DNA of 33,718 nucleotides from Dehalococcoidales bacterium (GCA_036481135.1 JAZGHN010000071.1:1-33718), one strand, 5' to 3'. Numbered from the stretch's first letter, positions 8,737-17,628 are shown. Numbers and translations are program-made. The notes: generated by a model from the letters alone, not told the origin.

Positions 8737-9657
8737 TCAGCCCCTTCCCACCTCCAGCATCTTATCCACGGCAGATTTTGCCCTGAGGCGAATCTCTTCG
8801 GGAACCTTCACCTCGGGAGCCATTTCCTCCAGAGACCATAGCACCTTTTCCAGGGTGATCAGCTTCATCTGGGGGCAGACGGCCTGCTCAGTAGCGGGGA
8901 TGAATTTCTTGCCCGGGTTCTCCTTCCTCAGCCGGTGTAGTATCCCGATCTCTGTTCCCACGATTATCTCTCTGGCATCGGTTTCCCTGGCGAAACGGCG
9001 CATGCCACCTGTGCTCAATACCTCGTCAGCGAGGGCGATAATATCAGGTCGGCACTCCGGGTGGACTACCACCTTGGCTTGGGGATATTCCTTTCTCATT
9101 TGGGTGATGTGTTCCGGTAGAATCCTGACATGGGTGGGGCAAAATCCGGGCCAGAGGATTATCTTCTTATCGGTCTTGGTAGAAGCATAATGACCTAGGT
9201 ACTGGTCGGGAATAAAGAGTATCTCTTGGGCATCTACACTCTCTACGACCTCGACCGCATTGGCCGAGGTGCAGCAAACATCTGATTCTGCTTTTACCTC
9301 AGCTGAAGAGTTGACGTAGCAAACGACGGTGGCATTGGGGAACTCCCCCTTTTTCTTCCTCAGTTCTTCTGCCGTTATCATGTCTGCCATAGGGCAGCCG
9401 GCATTTATATCAGGGAGCAACACCACTTTATCCGGACAGAGGATAGAGGCGGTCTCAGCCATGAAGTGAACCCCGCAGAATACAATTACCTCGGCGTCTG
9501 TCTTGGCTGCGTTCTGGCTCAGTCCGAGAGAGTCGCCCATAAAATCAGCTATATCCTGAATCTCGCCCAGCTGGTAGTTGTGAACGAGGATAACAGCGTT
9601 TCTCTTTTTCTTAAGACTTAGGATTTTTTCAACTAGCTCGACATCCCTATTTCCCAT
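8737..9657 (-). CDS. nadA: Quinolinate synthase A (4Fe-4S)
   Basis: ILVHNYQ, GDSLGL, FCGVHFMAETA, AGCPMA, CYVNSSAEVKA, CCTSANA, CPTH, HPEC and CPQMK. Confidence 0.97.
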   Translation of the reverse strand: MGNRDVELVEKILSLKKKRNAVILVHNYQLGEIQDIADFMGDSLGLSQNAAKTDAEVIVFCGVHFMAETASILCPDKVVLLPDINAGCPMADMITAEELRKKKGEFPNATVVCYVNSSAEVKAESDVCCTSANAVEVVESVDAQEILFIPDQYLGHYASTKTDKKIILWPGFCPTHVRILPEHITQMRKEYPQAKVVVHPECRPDIIALADEVLSTGGMRRFARETDAREIIVGTEIGILHRLRKENPGKKFIPATEQAVCPQMKLITLEKVLWSLEEMAPEVKVPEEIRLRAKSAVDKMLEVGRG

Positions 9658-10435
9658 TGGTGGTTACCCTCCATCCGCTGGCATAGACATTCATCCTCTC
9701 TCCTCTGACAAAGCCGATAAGGGTTACTCCCAAATCATGGGCTAGCCTCACCCCCAGATTGGTGGGGGCGGATTTAGAGATGAGTATAGGTATGTTTCTC
9801 TTAGCCACCTTAAGCAATATCTCCGAGGAGACCCTCCCGCTGGTGATTATTATACGGTCATCTGTGGGTATATCTGTCAACATACATTCACCAAATATCT
9901 TATCAATGGCGTTATGTCTGCCTATGTCCTCGTTGAAGACCAAGATGTTCTTGGTATCACATAAGGCAGCGCTGTGAACGCCGCCGGTTGTCTTAAAGAC
10001 CTGGGAGCGATGCTGGAACTCCCTCACCAGGGTGAAAACTTCCACATTTGATATTGTAGTCTGAGATTCTACCTTTGACTGTTCTTGAACATCAGCAGCG
10101 CTGTGGAAAGAGACCCCTCTTCCACACCCTGAGGTTATCAGTCGTTTGAAGACATGTGGGGCGAGTTCCTTATCCTCCACAGCCTCTACCCGAGCAACCC
10201 CTCTCTTTTCATCGACTATAATCTTCTTGATTTCAGCCTTGCCCTTAATTAATCCCTCAGAGGCGAGGAAGCCGATAGCCAGGTATTTCAGGTCTGTGGG
10301 GGAGCAGAGCAGGGTAGTTAATTCCTTGTTGTTTACAATGATGGTGAGAGGTAACTCTATGGTTACCACGTCCTCACTATCCTGCTTACCCTCCTTGGTA
10401 ACGCGCTGTATAGGGAACCCTTCCACATTGTTCAT
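9647..10435 (-). CDS. fdhD: Formate dehydrogenase accessory sulfurtransferase FdhD
   Basis: ELPLTIIVN, LAIGFLASEG, TSGCG, TGGVHSAAL, EDIGRHNAIDK, SGRVSSE, SAPT and GFVRG. Confidence 0.95.
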   Translation of the reverse strand: MNNVEGFPIQRVTKEGKQDSEDVVTIELPLTIIVNNKELTTLLCSPTDLKYLAIGFLASEGLIKGKAEIKKIIVDEKRGVARVEAVEDKELAPHVFKRLITSGCGRGVSFHSAADVQEQSKVESQTTISNVEVFTLVREFQHRSQVFKTTGGVHSAALCDTKNILVFNEDIGRHNAIDKIFGECMLTDIPTDDRIIITSGRVSSEILLKVAKRNIPILISKSAPTNLGVRLAHDLGVTLIGFVRGERMNVYASGWRVTTNGK

Positions 10436-10881
10436 TGCCCCTGTTCCCCTAACACCGTTACCGTGTCCCCCGCCTTCACCAGCCCTCCCTTAACTACTTT
10501 GGTGAATACTCCTTCCTTGGGCATGATGCACTTGCCTATCTGCTGGTAGATAGCACATCCAGTATGGCATTCTTTGCCAATCTGGGTAAGTTCTAAGACA
10601 ACCCCTTCTCCTATACGTATGCGTGCGCCCACAGGGATTGAGAGCAGGTCTATTCCCTCGGTAGTGAGGTTTTCGGCGAAATCTCCGGGGGCTACATTGA
10701 AGCCCAGCCCTCGTATCTTGTCGATACTTTCAATTGCCAACAGGCTTACCTGACGATGGGTGTTGCTGTCGGCATGGGCATCATCAGCAAGGCCGTAGTT
10801 CTCTTTAAGGACCCCTTCAGGTATATTTGTCTTCTTGGTCCCCTTTTGCTCGCTCCTCGATACTGCAATTATCTTAGCCAT
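10432..10881 (-). CDS. MOSC domain protein (molybdenum cofactor sulfurase C-terminal-like)
   Basis: DAHA...RQVSLL, PGDFAENLT and QIGKECHTGCAIYQQIGKCIMPKEGVF. Confidence 0.92.
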   Translation of the reverse strand: MAKIIAVSRSEQKGTKKTNIPEGVLKENYGLADDAHADSNTHRQVSLLAIESIDKIRGLGFNVAPGDFAENLTTEGIDLLSIPVGARIRIGEGVVLELTQIGKECHTGCAIYQQIGKCIMPKEGVFTKVVKGGLVKAGDTVTVLGEQGQ

Positions 10882-11023
10882 CTTTTAAACATCTCTCTGA
10901 GGCATTTGGTAGTTCTGGGTTGGCACGTGATATTATTCCTGGTGTATGCCCGGTATTACGATGCCTTTGTTCCTTGGGTTGCGGGCGGGTGGGCTCTTTT
11001 GGCTTAACTATAGGCTTTGTATT

Positions 11024-11179
11024 TTAGAGCTCTTTGTTTAGAATCTTCTCTTTAAGGGTCTCCCACTGTTCCTTGGTGAGGATACAGGTGTTATCTTTTT
11101 CCCCTATTTCTACTTGTTTCTCTTTTATCCTGACTACTGGGCAGCATGAGCCTTCCCGGCATAGAGTTACCACTTTCAT
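11024..11179 (-). CDS. Small cysteine-rich hypothetical protein, 51 aa (not in ORF track)
   Basis: MKVVTLCREGSCCPVVRIKEKQVEIGEKDNTCILTKEQWETLKEKILNKEL*, with a strong AGGAGGT SD 5 nt upstream and its own promoter. Confidence 0.8.
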   Translation of the reverse strand: MKVVTLCREGSCCPVVRIKEKQVEIGEKDNTCILTKEQWETLKEKILNKEL

Positions 11180-11241
11180 CTTTTACCTCCTTTTCCCCTA
11201 AAATTTAGGCTGTGACCAGCCCACCCGCAATTATGGTATAC

Positions 11242-11270
11242 ATTATATTATACGACTTTCTATTTGTCAT
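11242..11270 (-). promoter_or_regulatory. Sigma70-type promoter for the small Cys-rich ORF (and possibly MOSC-fdhD-nadA)
   Basis: Minus strand ATGACA (11270-11265), 17 nt, TATAAT (11247-11242). Confidence 0.7.
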
Positions 11271-11281
11271 GTCTGCTTTTT

Positions 11282-12061
11282 CTACGCTGCTTCTAGTATT
11301 TCACCCTTTATCCCGATGTTCACCGTCTCAACAGGGATGTCCTTACCGCTCCTGCGCAAAGCCTCCTGAGCAATATGGACCAGTCCGTAGCAGCAAGGGA
11401 CCTCCATGTGGACAACTTTCAGGCTTTTAATATCCGAGCTTTTCAATATCTGGGCGAGCTTGTTTATATAAGCCTCGGGGTCATCAAGTTTAGGACAGCC
11501 GATAGCGATTGCCTTGCCTTTTAGAAAATCGGCATGGAAGTTGGGGTAGGCAAAAGGGACACAATCGGCACCCAGGATTAAATCCGCATTCTGAAAGTAT
11601 GGAGCCGATGGTGGGACTAAGTGGAGCTGTATTGGCCATTGGCGGAGTTCAGAATCAGCCCTTGCTTTCTCTACCACTCTTTTCTCCTTCTTTCCCCACT
11701 GTAGCATTTGAGCAGAGGGACAGGAGGTTATTCCTCGGTGTGAATGGTACTGAGGAAGTTCATGGGCATGTTCTTTCAGGTGGGTTAGGTGTTTCTCTAA
11801 CAGTTCAGGTGGTTGCTCTTTAATGTGTCCTATTACTCCTTCCTCGTCGTACCCTTCAACCTCCTTTTCCTCAATAGTTAGCGCTCCTTGGGGACAGTCG
11901 CCCAGACATGCCCCCAGTCCGTCGCAGAATGACTCTTTTACCAGTTTTGCTTTCCCGTCGACAATCTGAAGGGCTCCTTCGGGGCAGGAAGGGATGCAGA
12001 GCCCGCAGCCGTCACATTTTTCTTCATCAATCTTGATGATTTTTCGCTTTATTTTTGCCAT
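11282..12061 (-). CDS. 4Fe-4S dicluster-domain protein with a conserved Cys-rich C-terminal domain
   Basis: CDGCGLCIPSCP and CDGLGACLGDCP ferredoxin motifs, then SCPS, LRQWPIQLHLV, ADCVPF, GCPKLDD and MEVPCC; true start is probably ATG 12061 (MAKIKRKII, TAATG overlap with the upstream stop). Confidence 0.85.
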   Translation of the reverse strand: MAKIKRKIIKIDEEKCDGCGLCIPSCPEGALQIVDGKAKLVKESFCDGLGACLGDCPQGALTIEEKEVEGYDEEGVIGHIKEQPPELLEKHLTHLKEHAHELPQYHSHRGITSCPSAQMLQWGKKEKRVVEKARADSELRQWPIQLHLVPPSAPYFQNADLILGADCVPFAYPNFHADFLKGKAIAIGCPKLDDPEAYINKLAQILKSSDIKSLKVVHMEVPCCYGLVHIAQEALRRSGKDIPVETVNIGIKGEILEAA

Positions 12062-12669
12062 TATTCCATTCTCCTTAGTAATTGCGAGGCTTTTCGTTTT
12101 AATATCGACAGTACTCTTCGATACTCCTTGATATCTTTTCCCTTTAGGTCTGGAATGTCCCAGGCAATAATTTTCGCCCCAGGGATAGCGGGGCATTCCA
12201 CCTCACATCCCATGGTTACTACTATATCGGCAGGTTCTTTGTCTGAAAACATTTTGGGCTTGCCACGCCAGCTGATTCCCTCCTCCCCTAACACCTCTAT
12301 CGCCTTTGGCTCTACCTTATTTGCTGGCTGTGTTCCTGCGCTGGTGAATTGCACATTGGGTCTATCGGATGATAATCTCCTTGCCAGGGCTTCAGCAATC
12401 TGGCTTCTACTTGCGTTCCCAACACATAGAAATAAGACCCTTTTCCTTTTCAGCTTGTCGTAGAGTTCTTCGCCAACACATTCTTTAGCATATTTGCACC
12501 ATTGGATACACGACTCTAAATCGTTATAGATGATGAAGCCGCAATGGTCACACTTTACTTTCAGATCAGTGGAAAAAATCTCCACATATTCACCACATTC
12601 GGGGCACCTCTTTATTTTAAGGGTAGGGGTTCGGGTGAATTGGGCTGCCCCGGGACAACTATCAAACAT
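12061..12669 (-). CDS. Fusion of an N-terminal 8-Cys (zinc-ribbon-like) domain and an ArsC/LMW-PTP-like domain
   Basis: CPG..CPECG..CDHCG..SCIQWCKYAKEC, followed by VLFLCVGNASRSQIAEA (CX5R), SAGT, VTMGCEVECP and WDIPD. Confidence 0.85.
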   Translation of the reverse strand: MFDSCPGAAQFTRTPTLKIKRCPECGEYVEIFSTDLKVKCDHCGFIIYNDLESCIQWCKYAKECVGEELYDKLKRKRVLFLCVGNASRSQIAEALARRLSSDRPNVQFTSAGTQPANKVEPKAIEVLGEEGISWRGKPKMFSDKEPADIVVTMGCEVECPAIPGAKIIAWDIPDLKGKDIKEYRRVLSILKRKASQLLRRME

Positions 12670-12696
12670 TTACTCCTCCAATTTTAGTCAAGGTAA

Positions 12697-13863
12697 CTAT
12701 TTGCCAACCTTCAAAAGTGGCGACATAGCTCTGAGCTTAGCTACAATTTGGGGCAATACCTCCAGAACTCGGCTTATCTCTTCCTCGGTGGTCCACTTGC
12801 CCAGAGTAAGCCTCAACGAACCGTGTGCCTGTTCAGGGGAAAGCCCGGTTGCCAGAAGCGCGTGGGACGGCTCAAGGCTTGATGAACTACAGGCTGAGCC
12901 GGTAGAGGCACAAATGCCCTCTAGGTCAAGATTCAGGACCATAGACTCCCCTTCTACAAAATCAACACTCACGTTGACATTGTTAGGCAGCCTCGTTTGG
13001 GAATGACCATTCAAGTGGATATGGTCAATCCGCTTCAGGAGACCTTTGATGAGCTGGTCGCGAAGATAGGTTAGCCGCACCGCCTCTCCGCTCATCTCCT
13101 GCCGGGCAAGTTCCACCGCTTTGCCCAGGCCCACAATGGCTGGGATGTTCTCCGTACCCGCCCGTCGTCTTCTCTCCTGTTCGCCTCCATGCATGAGAGC
13201 AAGCAATTTGGTGCCTTTTCTGATATACAGCGCCCCCGTCCCCTTGGGACCATAAATCTTGTGGCTGGACATAGAGAGTAAGTCCACCCCGAGTTTATTC
13301 ACATCTACCGGGATATGCCCCGCTGTTTGCACAGCATCAGTATGGAAATAGATTCCCGCTTCCTTGGCAATCCTTCCTATCTCAGCTATCGGCTCGATAA
13401 TGCCTATTTCGTTATTAGCGTGCATCACCGAAATGAGAACAGTTTTATCGGTAATCGCCCTTCTGACATCGGCAGGGTCAACCAAGCCATAACCATCCAC
13501 TGGCAGGTAGGTTACCCTGAATCCCCTTCTCTCTAAGAACTTGCATGTCTCTATCACGGCATGGTGCTCAATGGGAGTGGTGATAATATGATTCCCCCTC
13601 TTCTCGTTAGCGTAAACCACCCCCTTTAGGGCAAAGTTGTCTGCCTCCGTTCCCCCGCTGGTAAAGATGATTTCCTCATCTTGGGCACCAATAAGGCCGG
13701 CGACCTTAACCCTTGCCTCCTCAATAGCCCCCTTGGCCTCTTGGCCGTAGGAGTAGAGGGTAGAAGGGTTGCCGAAGGCATCAGTAAAATATGGAGCCAT
13801 TGCCTTTGCTACCTCAGGGTGTGTTGGCGTGGTGGCAGCGTAATCAAGGTATATCCGCTTCAC
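12697..13863 (-). CDS. iscS: Cysteine desulfurase (IscS/NifS group I)
   Basis: YLDYAATTP, GNPS, FTSGGTEADN, EHHAV, HTDAVQ, SSHKIYGPKG, RAGTEN and STGSACSS (catalytic Cys). Confidence 0.95.
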   Translation of the reverse strand: MKRIYLDYAATTPTHPEVAKAMAPYFTDAFGNPSTLYSYGQEAKGAIEEARVKVAGLIGAQDEEIIFTSGGTEADNFALKGVVYANEKRGNHIITTPIEHHAVIETCKFLERRGFRVTYLPVDGYGLVDPADVRRAITDKTVLISVMHANNEIGIIEPIAEIGRIAKEAGIYFHTDAVQTAGHIPVDVNKLGVDLLSMSSHKIYGPKGTGALYIRKGTKLLALMHGGEQERRRRAGTENIPAIVGLGKAVELARQEMSGEAVRLTYLRDQLIKGLLKRIDHIHLNGHSQTRLPNNVNVSVDFVEGESMVLNLDLEGICASTGSACSSSSLEPSHALLATGLSPEQAHGSLRLTLGKWTTEEEISRVLEVLPQIVAKLRAMSPLLKVGK

Positions 13864-13866
13864 TGC

Positions 13867-14109
13867 TTAACCCTCCACAATATCTCCAATGACAGGGTCA
13901 ACCCTTACCCCCTTGCTTATCACCCAGCTAATGCCTAGCTCAATCTCTTCTTCATCTCCCTCCAATTCCAATGCCACCCAGCCTTTGCTCTCCGTGACAT
14001 CAGCCCGGCGGATATTGGTTACTATCTTGAACTGGTGACTGAGGGTATAGATAATGGGCTCCCTAACCAGTTCCTCGGGAAAGGTAAACATTACTTGTTT
14101 CTTAGCCAT
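13867..14109 (-). CDS. Stand-alone NIL-domain protein
   Basis: EPIIYTL..F.IVTNIRRADV...GWVALELEG pattern; 80 aa; GAGGAGG SD. Confidence 0.8.
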   Translation of the reverse strand: MAKKQVMFTFPEELVREPIIYTLSHQFKIVTNIRRADVTESKGWVALELEGDEEEIELGISWVISKGVRVDPVIGDIVEG

Positions 14110-14156
14110 CTTTTCCTCCTCATTGGGTCAGCATCGCCCGGTGAAATATCAAAGTT

Positions 14157-15380
14157 TCAAGCTGGCCCACCGATCACTTTCTCCACTGCCTCTATGGCAG
14201 GCTTTATAGTAAATGGTTTAATAATATCTGAGAAAATATCCTGTGTCCTCGGCCCAGCTCCGGTGATAAAAGCAACGGTGAGTTTATTCCTTTTTATTAA
14301 ACCTGAAGCCGCCATTTTTCGCAATGCGGCAATCACCACTCCACCGGCTGCTTCAGCAAAGATACCCTCGGTTTGGGACAGCAGTTTCACCCCAGCAATA
14401 GCTTCCTTATCAGTGACTGCGCAGGCACCACCTCCTGACTGCCGGGCGACCCTCAGCGCATAATAGCCGTCAGTCGGGTTGCCAATGGCTATAGACTTGA
14501 CGATGGTGTCTGGCTCTACCGGGTGGACATGGAGGCTGCCTGACTGAAAGGCATTAACGATGGGTGAGCTACCAGCAGCCTGGGTGACGTACATGTGGGT
14601 ATTAACCGGTTCAATTAGGCCTAGCATGGATAGTTCATCCAGCCCCTTCCATATTCGGGTAAAGAGGAGCCCTGAGGCAGCAGGAGCCACCACGCAGTCG
14701 GGGGCACGCCATCCCAGTTGCTCTGCTACCTCATAGCCCAGGGTCTTGCTCCCCTCAGCATAATACGGTCTGAGGTTGATATTAATAAATCCCCAGTTGT
14801 ATCTCTGTGTCAGCTCGGCACAGAGGCGATTGACATCGTCATAGCTTCCCTCGACCTTCACTAAAACCGGATTGTAGATTGCTGCCCCCACCAGCTTGCC
14901 CGGTTCTACGCCATCGGGGACAAAGACATAAGCCTTCATATTTGCCTTAGCAGCATGGGCGGCGACACTGGCAGCCAGGTTACCGGTTGAGGCGCAGGCT
15001 ATAGTATCAAACCCGAACTCCTGTGCCTTGGTGGCAGCGACTGCGACCACTCTATCCTTGAACGAGTATGTTGGATTAAGACAGTCATTCTTAATATACA
15101 GCCGGTCTAGCCCCAGTTCATGTCCCAAGCCCTCGGCTTTTATCAGTGGGGTAAAGCCAGTCCCAATATCTACCTCCTTGCCTTCTGTGGGAAGCATATC
15201 GCGATAACGCCACATGCTCGGTGGTCCCTTGGCCAGCTTCTCCCGACTTAGCCCTCTAGCCATAGCCTTGTAGTCGTAGCTGACCTCCAGCGGGCTAAGG
15301 CAAAAATCGCACAGGCTCATAGGCTGGAGGGGATACTCCTGTCCGCATTTTCTACACCGTAAAGCTCTGGCGTAAGACAC
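14157..15380 (-). CDS. Threonine synthase-like fold-type II PLP enzyme with N-terminal zinc ribbon (possible O-phosphohomoserine sulfhydrylase clade)
   Basis: CRKC/CDFC zinc ribbon, NPTYSFKDR (PLP Lys), CASTGNLA, NINLRPYYAEGSKTL and SIAIGNP; probable start is GTG 15380 after AGGAGG. Confidence 0.85.
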   Translation of the reverse strand: MSYARALRCRKCGQEYPLQPMSLCDFCLSPLEVSYDYKAMARGLSREKLAKGPPSMWRYRDMLPTEGKEVDIGTGFTPLIKAEGLGHELGLDRLYIKNDCLNPTYSFKDRVVAVAATKAQEFGFDTIACASTGNLAASVAAHAAKANMKAYVFVPDGVEPGKLVGAAIYNPVLVKVEGSYDDVNRLCAELTQRYNWGFININLRPYYAEGSKTLGYEVAEQLGWRAPDCVVAPAASGLLFTRIWKGLDELSMLGLIEPVNTHMYVTQAAGSSPIVNAFQSGSLHVHPVEPDTIVKSIAIGNPTDGYYALRVARQSGGGACAVTDKEAIAGVKLLSQTEGIFAEAAGGVVIAALRKMAASGLIKRNKLTVAFITGAGPRTQDIFSDIIKPFTIKPAIEAVEKVIGGPA

Positions 15381-15425
15381 TTTCCACCTCCTCCTATAAC
15401 TCGGCATACCCCAGGCCGCTTATCC

Positions 15426-15968
15426 TTAAGGCCACTCAGGTTCGAGGGTGTTCTGGTATGCAGTTATCAGGTCATTACGTTTCATTATTATTGTGTCGCT
15501 TCTGATTTCATATGGAACTGACGCCTTAGGGAAATCCACACAGGCTCCTTTAATTCCGTCGCCAGTTTTTGCTTTAAATGTAGTCGCACAAGTGTCACAC
15601 ACGAGAATGTCTTTTTGGAGGGAAAAGCCCACTGACCAACAGGGTGGACAAACGTTAGAACGCACATAGATCTTCCCGTCCAGTTCATAGGCCATGAAAG
15701 CTATGTCCCCTGATGGTCCTCTTCCTAACAGAAAGTGGACCAGTTTGTTGTTATTCACCTCACTTACTGAAATGGATAGGGTATCACCGTCTGCCTGGAC
15801 GGCAACCCATGTAGCCCTTATTGGTTCACTATTGCTGGGTTCACTATTGCTACTGCACCCCACCACGCTTAGTATGACCGCGAGCAATACCACGCCTGTT
15901 AATATTACCCCTGACAGGCATTGCATCCCCATTCTGCTTTTAATGAAGCGTTTACTTAATGGATTCAT
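15426..15968 (-). CDS. DUF2318-like (FtrD/Rieske-like) Fe-S-binding lipoprotein
   Basis: Hydrophobic segment ending LSVVGC; CPPC...LVCDTCATTF...GAC..FP cysteine pattern; start uncertain (15968 or a downstream ATG). Confidence 0.72.
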   Translation of the reverse strand: MNPLSKRFIKSRMGMQCLSGVILTGVVLLAVILSVVGCSSNSEPSNSEPIRATWVAVQADGDTLSISVSEVNNNKLVHFLLGRGPSGDIAFMAYELDGKIYVRSNVCPPCWSVGFSLQKDILVCDTCATTFKAKTGDGIKGACVDFPKASVPYEIRSDTIIMKRNDLITAYQNTLEPEWP

Positions 15969-16009
15969 TTTGTTTAATATCCCCCTACCGACTCTTCGCC
16001 TCAATATTG

Positions 16010-16945
16010 TTATATCTCATCTATCTTCGCGCTTAGTGTGGGCGCATCACAATAACCGCTGACCTCTCTGATGTACTGATCCTTATCTATGAAAATTAAC
16101 GTCGGGTAGCCATACTCCCTGAGATAGTCCGCATACTGACGAACAATAGAATTATCAGTATCAAGAATCCAGGGCCATGTTAAGCCATTTTCTTTTGCGA
16201 AGCTGCGCAAAGTGTCTGGCGGGCAGCAGCCACAAAATACTGAGAGCGGCACGAAATCATCACGCTGTTCCGTGAGCTCCCTGATTGCCAAAAGCTGAGC
16301 GCCGACTATCTGGTTGACGGACGGGTCACAACCATAGTTCACAAAGTTTAGCAGGACTGTAGACCCCTTAAACTGACTAAGTGAGATTGTCATGTTGGTT
16401 ACAACATCCACACTGGTAAAATCCGGGGTGGTGGTGGGATTAGGCGCGGTGATTTTGGGACTACTTGGTTCAGTCGGTCTGACCACTGTAAATTCTCCGG
16501 TAATCTCATCCCAAATGACTTTATAAATTCCCGGTTTATTCCGGGATACGAGAACACTCACAAGCTGACTTGCCCCAGCAGCTATGGTTACTTTTTCTGA
16601 ATAGAAAAAAGCCGGCAATGATGCCCTAGCGACATCACTTACCTTCAGCTCGGCAGTATAGTCACCATCGGTCTGGCCGGTATTTGTGACATTGGCGGTG
16701 ATAATTGCCTTCACTCCGGGGTTAACCTCGGTGGGGTTAATCGCTAACTGAGCAACCTGGAAAGCTGCCGGGGCTCGCGATGGTGTTGGATTAGGCTCCG
16801 GCGTCGGAGTTGATGCTGGCGCTGATGTCGGGCCGGCACATGCAACTAGAGACAACATCAGGACGAGCAGTAATAGTACGCACGACGCAATGATTCTCTG
16901 TCTCACTTTTGTCAGCACTGAGCCGGACGGCGTTCTCATTGGCAT
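16010..16945 (-). CDS. Lipoprotein with Pro/Thr linker, CARDB/Ig-like domain and C-terminal redoxin (thioredoxin-fold) domain
   Basis: Lipobox LVAC; ITANVTNTG..GDYT; PDFT..ISLSQFKG.TVLLNF; WPWILD; YPTLIFID. Confidence 0.78.
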   Translation of the reverse strand: MPMRTPSGSVLTKVRQRIIASCVLLLLVLMLSLVACAGPTSAPASTPTPEPNPTPSRAPAAFQVAQLAINPTEVNPGVKAIITANVTNTGQTDGDYTAELKVSDVARASLPAFFYSEKVTIAAGASQLVSVLVSRNKPGIYKVIWDEITGEFTVVRPTEPSSPKITAPNPTTTPDFTSVDVVTNMTISLSQFKGSTVLLNFVNYGCDPSVNQIVGAQLLAIRELTEQRDDFVPLSVFCGCCPPDTLRSFAKENGLTWPWILDTDNSIVRQYADYLREYGYPTLIFIDKDQYIREVSGYCDAPTLSAKIDEI

Positions 16946-17628
16946 TATTGTCTCCTCCCTTTTTGATTGATCCTGTCTGCAATTTGCCCGTCCTGCAAAA
17001 CTATGATTTCTTTAGCCCGCTCCGCCGCTTTAGGATTATGGGTAACCATAATGATGGTGTGCCCTTCTTTATTCAGTTGTTCGAATAGGTCCAAAATTTC
17101 CTTGCCTGTTTTTCGATCCATGTTGCCCGTCGGCTCGTCGGCTAGGGTAAGTAGCGGGTCATTGACTAGTGCCCGGGCAATGGCCACCCGCTGCTGCTCA
17201 CCGCCACTTAACTGGCTGGGTTTATGTCCTGCCCTCTTGCCTAATCCCACCCTTTGCAGTAAGTCTAATGCCTTCCCATCTTGTCCCTGCACGCCAGAGA
17301 ATGTCAGCGGTAAAAGCACATTCTCTAACGCAGTGAGCGATGGCAGTAAGTGATATTGCTGGAAAATGTAGCCGATTTTTCCCCGTCTGATATCTACCAG
17401 GGCATCCTCATCTAGAGTATCTATACGCTCTCTATCCAGAATCACTTCACCGCTGGAGAGACGGTCTAAACCGCTGATAACATTCAAAAGAGTGGACTTA
17501 CCGCTTCCGGAAGGTCCCATAATAGCTATAAAGTCACCCCTATTCACTTGAAATGACACATTATTCAGTGCCACTACTGCGGTCGTGCCCTGGCCGTAAA
17601 TCTTGGTTATTTCTTTGACTTCTAACAT
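16945..17628 (-). CDS. ABC transporter ATP-binding protein (LolD/MacB type)
   Basis: GPSGSGKST, LSGGEQQRVAIARAL, ADEPTGNMD and VTH. Confidence 0.95.
   Translation of the reverse strand: MLEVKEITKIYGQGTTAVVALNNVSFQVNRGDFIAIMGPSGSGKSTLLNVISGLDRLSSGEVILDRERIDTLDEDALVDIRRGKIGYIFQQYHLLPSLTALENVLLPLTFSGVQGQDGKALDLLQRVGLGKRAGHKPSQLSGGEQQRVAIARALVNDPLLTLADEPTGNMDRKTGKEILDLFEQLNKEGHTIIMVTHNPKAAERAKEIIVLQDGQIADRINQKGRRQ

Noticed and set aside
10882-11023. Moco/Wco riboswitch upstream of MOSC-fdhD
   Set aside because: The context fits, but I could not find the GAAAC/CCUCCCG...GGAAAGGAG-type conserved elements; an Infernal scan would be decisive.
15823-15851. 15-bp-period tandem repeat encoding SNSEP-SNSEP
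   Set aside because: In-frame duplication in a flexible lipoprotein linker; ordinary.
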